From: Oopsacas minuta
Lineage: Eukaryota; Animalia; Porifera
NCBI GenBank assembly: GCA_024704765.1
Contig: JAKMXF010000111.1
Location: 1,132,619 to 1,196,618, forward strand
Direction: 5' to 3'
DNA length: 64,000 bases
Positions 57,050 to 64,000 of this stretch are shown here, piece by piece; position 1 is the stretch's first letter; the number at the start of each line of letters is the position of its first letter. The notes below the pieces were generated by a model. The model searched no databases, was not told where the DNA came from, and saw nothing but the letters and a program-made list of their open reading frames with translations. The position numbers and the translations under genes are program-made.

Positions 57050-58928
57050 TCATATTCATAAACTTTATACAATTGCACAGTAACCTCATCACTTACATTT
57101 TCTAAGCACACGTAGTTAGTTTTATACAGAAAGATTTCCATGTAAGTAGTGTGAACTATTCTGCATAAGTAATACATATGCATAGTCTCTACTCGTTTTG
57201 AATGATTTGTTAGAGTGTTAAATGCTATTTTGTAATTTGTACGTAATATTAATTGTAATTATAGCGCTACCCTATTAGATGACAGTTTCCTTTATCTTGG
57301 ACCTTGTCTTGTTGCTGTAAAATCAGATAATGCTTTACATGGAATGGGTTCACCTAATTAAAAGCAATTCTCAACGAGTAGTTTTAGGGGGCTATATTTT
57401 GCTTGTATGTTAGTGAGTCATTACATACGTAGTACTAGCAAAATAGCTTCTGGATATGGCAGAAATTATTGTAAAATTGACTATTTAAGCTACGTGCGCG
57501 ATTCACTTTCTTTCGCTGTGTAGCTTGCGAACACATTGTGTCGACTGAAGGAGCCTTTTGCATCTTAACAAGAGAATTTGATATTGGAACATGTTCCTAG
57601 TTGTATCATATTCCATTTTCATTCCAAATTTCATCTCAGGCGTATTCTTTACCAATTTCACAATCCAACATTGAATGTACCGTATAATATATATATACCA
57701 TCAAAATGCATTGAGTAGTCAGGGTTGAACATTTTGTTACACTTTCTCAGAGATGAGTCACAATTTACACCTTTTTATGTAAATAATCCATTACAGTTTG
57801 TTGCTCAGTATTTCCCATAATCTACATTCAAATCCTGTGGTATTCGCCTATTAGGAATCGCTGATGATCTCATTGCAACATTCCTCCATTAACAACATTT
57901 TCCATGCACAATAGATCTCTAGTTCTTCTAATGGCAAATTTCGGTACTAAAAAATAATTCTTTGCAAAACGCGACTTGCATTTACAGTGGATGCCAGTTA
58001 TAAGAGCACCCATGAGAGTATTACGTAATATATGGTCTTATAACCAGCATTAAATATACTGGGAAACATGAGAACCGTTTTTCAGATCTGTTCTTCTAAC
58101 CGGAATTTTTCTCAGAAATGTGGATTTAGCTGAAAACTGTAAATTTCAACTAAATGGAGCGACTCTACATATACAAATATATTTTCTGAACTATAAAGCC
58201 AATTTTTGTATGTTCTTTGTAATCTGATTTGCCAGAAACTAGTTGCAGAGTTTGAAAAGGCAACCAATTGAGCCAATCAAGTACATACAATGAACGAACT
58301 TTATTCAACATCTTAGCTATGCTTGTCAATACAAATCAAAGAGCATATGATAATATCCATGGTCTTGCAGAATGTTATTGATATTATTCAAATTTACTCT
58401 GTTTACTAGTAATATGTTGTTTTGCATGAATTTAATTTAGTAGAGAAGTATCGATCATCCAAGACAAATTTCCAGACTTTCTGATCGGTGTTAGGGTAAT
58501 TCCACACACTTTTATACATACACATAATCTATGTGTTTGTAGGGATTTGCTAAAATCATTATATGCATACTCTACCACTTGCAAAGTAAGCAATATAAAA
58601 TATTTGAATCAATTATAAATACATACTCTAAATTAGTTTCTTTGTTTATGCTCCTCCAAGTTTTCCAGTAAGTTATATATCTTCAGAGGGTTAATTTTCA
58701 GTTTTTGATGATTTCATGTGCTTTTGCTACCTTTTAGATTTAGATGGAGCGTGCTTCCTGTTTCTTGTCAGTTTCCGTCTGTGGGACACCTAGCCCCCGA
58801 AGACACTCATTACTGGTAGTATCATTATATTTCTAACAATTTGATTAAATGTATGCTTGTATTTGTGGGCTACTATGATAGGCTGGAATTGTACAATTTC
58901 AATCATTTGACATAATAATTTTATTATA

Positions 58929-59025
58929 CAGTTAACATCTCGTAACCCGAACCTGGAAATCAAATTCTGTTCTAGATAGGAGAATGTTCGAGGTAGCAGG
59001 CATTCGAGTTACTGGTTGTTGACTG
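58929..59025. mobile_element. 97-bp pogo-type MITE
   Basis: TA-CAGTTAACATCTCGTAACCCGAA ... TTCGAGTTACTGGTTGTTGACTG-TA. Confidence 0.65.
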
Positions 59026-59570
59026 TAATTCGATAATTGAAACCAGAGTGTCCTACAGGTTCTTTATAGGTTCTATCTAATGCACCCCTCAAATATTATA
59101 CTCGCCTGAATCAGTCAATTGATGTAACTGTATAGGGAGAGATCCACTATATCACGCTCCCAAATATTTTTTGTATTACAAAAAACTAAGCTCAGCTATA
59201 TGTATATATAAGGAATCTCACTTACTCATATCGTCCATTCACACACTACCAACCTCTAGATAGATATAGAACACCCTGTATTTTGTAACTACGTGTAATT
59301 AGTCATCCAACATATTGCATATATTGGTTCATTTTTGTTACATAAAATCGGATTATCTTCATTTGAATAACACATCGTTTTCTATGTACATTTATCATAT
59401 ATTTTGAAACGTCAAATTTTTTCTAGAGCTATTTCCCTTAGATATGTGTTCATGAATGCAATTGTCTTTATCTAGCCGTCATATAATGGATTGTTATACA
59501 TTTACTTTTCTAATGTACAATTTACAATTATAGTTGTATTTGAACTTTTGGAACGAATCGAACTATCCTA

Positions 59571-59632
59571 AAGCCCACCATACACGCTGCAACTTTGTTG
59601 AATTCAACTGTTGCATTTTGTATGGTGGGCTT
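59571..59632. repeat. 62-nt near-perfect palindrome
   Basis: AAGCCCACCATACA/TGTATGGTGGGCTT (14-bp perfect), inner TGCAAC/GTTGCA, central GTTGAATTCAAC. Confidence 0.9.
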
Positions 59633-60041
59633 GACACAAGTTCTTACTCTTGATAACATATATCTGACTTTTTCAGGTAAATTCACGCGCAGTCCGTAGA
59701 AATGATGACATGACGCAAAAACTTGGTTAGCTCCTCATAATATGATAAACATCCTAGAAGAATGAAAGTTAGCTGATAATAAGAATTTCCTTACCTGAAC
59801 TAATACTGAGCTAATTTCATGTAATGTATTCAATTTGTAGGTTTAGGACTTGTGTTTTCTAATAGCTGTTAAATTCATTGAAGATAAATACCGTCGTTCT
59901 TGTTATCATATTTAAACTAAGTCATTTTCCTAGCATAGAGATAAGATCGGCTCTTCCGTACATAATGTATACTCTAGATTGGATAATCTGACGCATTCGT
60001 ACAAATATGTTTATCTGCCAATATGCTGTATAGATGGCCTT

Positions 60042-61106
60042 ATGTTGAGAACTAATCGGTGTTTGGCTAAATTTAAATTCTTCCTTACGGAATTACAACA
60101 TACTTTTCAAGATGGGCCTCTCAGTCCTCAGCTGGACAATCTCATCCTACTGCTGGTAACCTCAGAGATAACTCCTGAGGATTTCTTTACACGTTTACTG
60201 AGAATTACTGAACACACTTTTGAAGAATTTCAAATCAATATTGTCAAGACAGGACTACCACTCTTGCAAGACGAACTTAGACTTATTATGCCAAAAGATA
60301 TGAATGGACTGTCCTCTAGCTTTCCCCAAAACTCTCACTCCTCATTGTCACAGGAATACAATCCAATTGATGCGGATGGAGAAGTAACTCCAAAGGTTGA
60401 GGTATTAGACTCTAACAATAATCAGCGTGAAATAGGAGAGCTCGTATCTTATTTACGCAAGCCAGATCAAGGTTCGCTAAAGAGAAGTTGTAGCAATTCT
60501 TTATCAATAGATCCTGGAGACACGACTATGGTAAGCACAAGGACCTTACACAAAATAATGCGATTGTCGGAGACTATGATTCCGCTGATGGAAGAGTTGT
60601 ATGACTTATCTACAGACGCGCTTAGCAATGGAAATAACAAAGATATCAGTGATACAGAATCTAATGATTCTGAAAATCAACTAGACCCTGATGTGGATTT
60701 GAATAGTCTGGATCGATCCATGAGTGATTCATCTACTCAGAAAGAGAGCATTGAATTATGCAAGAATTGCAATCGTCGTTCATTATTTAAGTGCATCTGC
60801 CAACGAGTTAGCTACTGCACAGTTTTTTGCCAAGACAAAGACAGAGAAGTTCACAATAGAGATTGCTTATGTTCCAGTTCGTATGATCAACCTGTCATAA
60901 TACAGCGTGCAATATTAGATAGAAATTCGCATGAACAACGCATGATTATTATTCCAAACGGTGATTCTAATTCTATGAGTACTAATAACATATCTCCTAG
61001 CATACCAATACTGCCCTCCAGTACTTCTATATTTTTCCAAGCACTCCCTATTAGGACAACAGTACCTACCACACCTATATGTTCTATAACGCAGCCTCTA
61101 AAGTAA
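60042..61106 (+). CDS. CBFA2T/ETO/Nervy-like corepressor (TAFH plus MYND finger)
   Basis: TAFH-like LAKFKFFLTELQ...LVTSEITPEDFF...LPLLQDEL and MYND CKNC...CIC...YCTVFCQDKDREVHNRDC. First ATG at 60042; an upstream exon is possible. Confidence 0.8.
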   Translation: MLRTNRCLAKFKFFLTELQHTFQDGPLSPQLDNLILLLVTSEITPEDFFTRLLRITEHTFEEFQINIVKTGLPLLQDELRLIMPKDMNGLSSSFPQNSHSSLSQEYNPIDADGEVTPKVEVLDSNNNQREIGELVSYLRKPDQGSLKRSCSNSLSIDPGDTTMVSTRTLHKIMRLSETMIPLMEELYDLSTDALSNGNNKDISDTESNDSENQLDPDVDLNSLDRSMSDSSTQKESIELCKNCNRRSLFKCICQRVSYCTVFCQDKDREVHNRDCLCSSSYDQPVIIQRAILDRNSHEQRMIIIPNGDSNSMSTNNISPSIPILPSSTSIFFQALPIRTTVPTTPICSITQPLK

Positions 61107-62041
61107 ATAATTCTGTAATTATGCTTTTTGTTCTATTTACAAGTTCGCACCTAATGATAGCTTAGCTAGAATTGATTCCTATTGAAATCCTTTATATTTC
61201 AGACGTATTCTTAATAATTATTTGTGTTGTTGACCTTGGATTTCAATTATTATAATTACGAGCCGCTTCGCTTGCTCGTGTTGTGCAGGTTGTGAACACT
61301 TTGTGTTCGCATGGGACTAGGTACTTAGTGCCTCGAATTTGGCAAAGTATAAAAATTGCAAAATGAATTAATAAATATATATTTCAACGAGTTTTTATAA
61401 CATGGATTATTGCCAATATATTTACCCGACGTAGAAAAGTAATCTTTCCCTCGAGATATCCATTATATCCCTATCTCTAATTGAGATATGCAGTAATTTG
61501 AAATTTCACAACTAATTCAAAGAGTGAGTATTTTTATTGAGATGATAGAGTATGTTCTCTAATTATTAAAATTATTGTTAGGCCACACACGGATTGCTTG
61601 AATTTCATTTTTTTTGATTCCCTTATTTGATGGCCCGCATCTTCCCAAGTTCTGTACAAGGAAAGCGTATCTCTGGATCATAGACGTTGGAATAGGATAG
61701 CCTGGCTTGGGTCACGGCCTCCTTGCCCATTTATCCAATTATCATCATCTTAGAGTGACTGGTTTGAGTCCCCACTCGCCTTCTAGCGCAACTGCCCTGT
61801 ATAGTATGGCTGTTTCTTTCTCTTACTTTACGAAGTAATACTTATTAATCTAGTCACCAACTCGCAACTGCCTGCCCTGATTTGCAACTGGGTGATAAAT
61901 ATTTGAGCTACGTATATTATACTCTACGACCAATTCCTCTGTATATTTGCATGTCCTGTCGTGCCATAACTGGTCTGCGAATATTGCTTATAATTCATGT
62001 CGGCCTTAATTGTCCCGCCCCTGACTATTTACAGCGTTATA

Positions 62042-63370
62042 CGAGGGTAGTCCAAAAAGTTTTTAGAATCTATATGAAAGAATAGTAGGAAATGGATTAT
62101 TTTTTTATAGTTTCTCGAAGTAAATACCAGATGACTGTATGCATAAATCCATCCTTCTAAACCAACTTTCAAAACAATTTTCCCAGTCTTCTTTGGTTAG
62201 GTCTTGGAGGGCCCCATTATAAGCCAGTCTTGCCTCTTCTGCACTATCGAAATGAACCCCTTGATCTTCTTTTTTAGTTTAGGGAAAAGAAAGAAGACGC
62301 ATGGCGCCAAATCTGGGGAATATGCTGGATGGGGTATCAATTTTATACCATTTTCTGCAAAGAAATCCATTGTTAAAGCTGCCTTGTGTGCACTTGCATT
62401 GTCATGGTGCCATTGAAGTGAGGTGAGGTAGGCTTTAGGATGTAAAATGCTCCACTTTTCTATCACCTGAGGCATGCAAATGTTGACATACCAACTCGCA
62501 GTTACAGTCTTTTGCTCTATAAGGGGAATAGTAGCAACATGTCCCTTTTTAGAGAGGAAACTGGCGACCATTTGCTTGTTGCCACTTCGTGCACGTCTCA
62601 ATTTTTGAGGGAGATCATCATCTGGAAAAAGCCAAACTGAAGATTGTTGCTTCGTCTCTGGGTCATATTGGTAAATCCAAGTCTCATCTCCCGTAATTAA
62701 TGTATTCAATAACTTTGAACGACCATGATCGAATTTTCTGATCATAAATTTGCACCAATCCACTCGAGTTGTCATTTGTTCTTCAGAAAGTTTGTGTGGA
62801 ATCCAACGTGCAGCCACTTTCCTCACCAAGAGATGTTCATGAAGTATGGCATGGAGGCTTCCTCTGCTGATGTCTAAATAACTCATTATTTCGTCAATTA
62901 TGATTCGACGCTCATTTTTGATTATTTTCTTAACTTTCTGGATATTTTCTGGGTTAACCGCATCTGCAGGACGTCCTGATCGCATCTCATCACTTAGAGT
63001 CTTTCGTCCACGGTTAAATTCACCGTACCAGTTGTACACTGTAGCCAAAGATGGTGATTTTTCTCCAAATGTGTCCTGAAGTTGAATATGTGATTCTTTA
63101 GGACTGAGTTTTCTCATAAAGTCATAAAAAATCATTGCGCGAAAGTCCCTCCTTTCCAAATGTAAATCCATGAGGAATAATTAGGTACGAATTTAAAATA
63201 AGAGCCAAGTGCTGACTATATAAGTAGCTGTCAAAAAAGTAATAAAAGATAAAAAGCTTAGATATTTTAACTAGAGTAGTTATAAATAGTGTACTATAGA
63301 TATAAGATGTATTGGTGTGCAAGAAATGAAGTTACAGCATTCATTCTAAAAACTTTTTGGACGACCCTCG
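62042..63370 (-). mobile_element. mariner transposon, 1329 bp, inactive
   Basis: 28-bp TIRs CGAGGGT(A/C)GTCCAAAAAGTTTTTAGAAT with one mismatch, TA at both flanks. Confidence 0.95.
62105..63171 (-). pseudogene. mariner transposase, third catalytic D replaced by V, C-terminal frameshift
   Basis: WIPHKL, ITGDETWIY, HHDNASAH, YSPDLAPCVFFLF (GTC at 62296-62298). The alternative frame after the G-run at 62257-62260 gives a typical mariner C-terminus HFDSAEEA...WFRRMDLCIQSSGIYFEKL, with stop at 62105-62107. Confidence 0.92.
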
Positions 63371-63426
63371 TAGTCCTATCATTGATTTAGTAGATACAAG
63401 TCCACTATTCGAAATATACTATCCGG

Positions 63427-63489
63427 CAGGGTTGCCGTGGGAATGGGATGGGAAATGGCAATTGAAATTCCTTTCCCACAGCAACCCTG
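63427..63489. mobile_element. 63-bp hairpin MITE with hAT-like ends
   Basis: CAGGGTTGCCGTGGGAA / TTCCCACAGCAACCCTG, 16 of 17 complementary. Confidence 0.7.
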
Positions 63490-64000
63490 TATACCGGTGA
63501 TTACACTAAACCGTATTTCAAAGTCAGTAGACTAATATGAGTGATATATCATTCAGGGATGATAAATCCGCTCTTAGCCGTGATAAATATATCCCTCTAG
63601 TCATTAAGTCTAACGATAGCCTATGGTCTGACTTTACTCAGGAGTCACTTGCCCATCCACGAGACTTTTGAGGGACCTAGGAAGCCTGGTAAATTTGCAA
63701 CTTAGTCGGATTGTTTTACTTTAATATTCCCGCTCAAATTGGGCGATGTTCTCACATAAAATTAACATAAGACATTATTTTATGAAATTTTTATATTTTT
63801 ACAAATAATAAACTTGTTCTATCTCCACTGACTCCACAAGACAAACATCCTAATATCGGTCATCTCGATTATCTGCGGGCGGTGGAGCTGATACAAGTTC
63901 CTAACTACATAACAGTAGCCTAATGCAAAACATTAAATATAAATGAACAGGGGCGTAGGAGCAGACCCTACACCCCTGAATATACACTTAATCACTTATC

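Noticed and set aside
57480-58800. Minus-strand stretches that read like decayed Cys-rich coding sequence (e.g. GIHCKCKSRF)
   Set aside because: Multiple stops and frameshifts and no family I can assign; possibly an old transposon relic.
61698-61772. Possible tRNA or tRNA-derived SINE (A-box-like TAGCCTGGCTTGG, B-box-like GGTTTGAGTCCC)
   Set aside because: I could not fold a cloverleaf and both boxes are imperfect. tRNAscan-SE or a copy-number search would be needed.

Overview
AT-rich, very gene-dense eukaryotic (metazoan-type) genomic window with about 24 host protein-coding genes in 64 kb, most of them single-exon. The compactness, intron paucity, NHL-repeat genes and abundant MITEs suggest an early-branching animal such as a glass sponge; this is inference only. 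Spliced genes I could reconstruct by hand are a sedolisin/TPP1-like gene (7 exons, with an NHL-repeat gene nested in intron 4), NADSYN1 (2 exons) and KLHL20 (5 exons). Single-exon genes include KMT5A, LSM14, RNF113A, an agmatinase-family hydrolase, NDUFA6, RAB7, PRODH, XPR1-like, WDR77, BCAS3, RSPH3, WAC, two cyclophilins, STIMATE, a DLG5/CARMA-like MAGUK and a CBFA2T/ETO-like gene. Mobile DNA comprises a near-intact DD37E Tc1-like element, a dead mariner, many MITEs, and a 2.1-kb foldback-like repeat with a central 10-bp satellite. The most unusual signals are: (i) the two ends of the foldback-like repeat, which would form a long stem capped by three mini-hairpins if joined through a shared 17-bp direct repeat; (ii) a ureohydrolase that looks closer to bacterial GpuA than to animal AGMAT; (iii) an XPR1-like exporter with an intact pore but a degenerate SPX sensor and no C-terminal tail; (iv) a TPP1 homolog lacking the catalytic Glu. 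There is a 943-nt assembly gap at 14606-15548. Family comparisons rely on my recollection of reference sequences, not on database searches.
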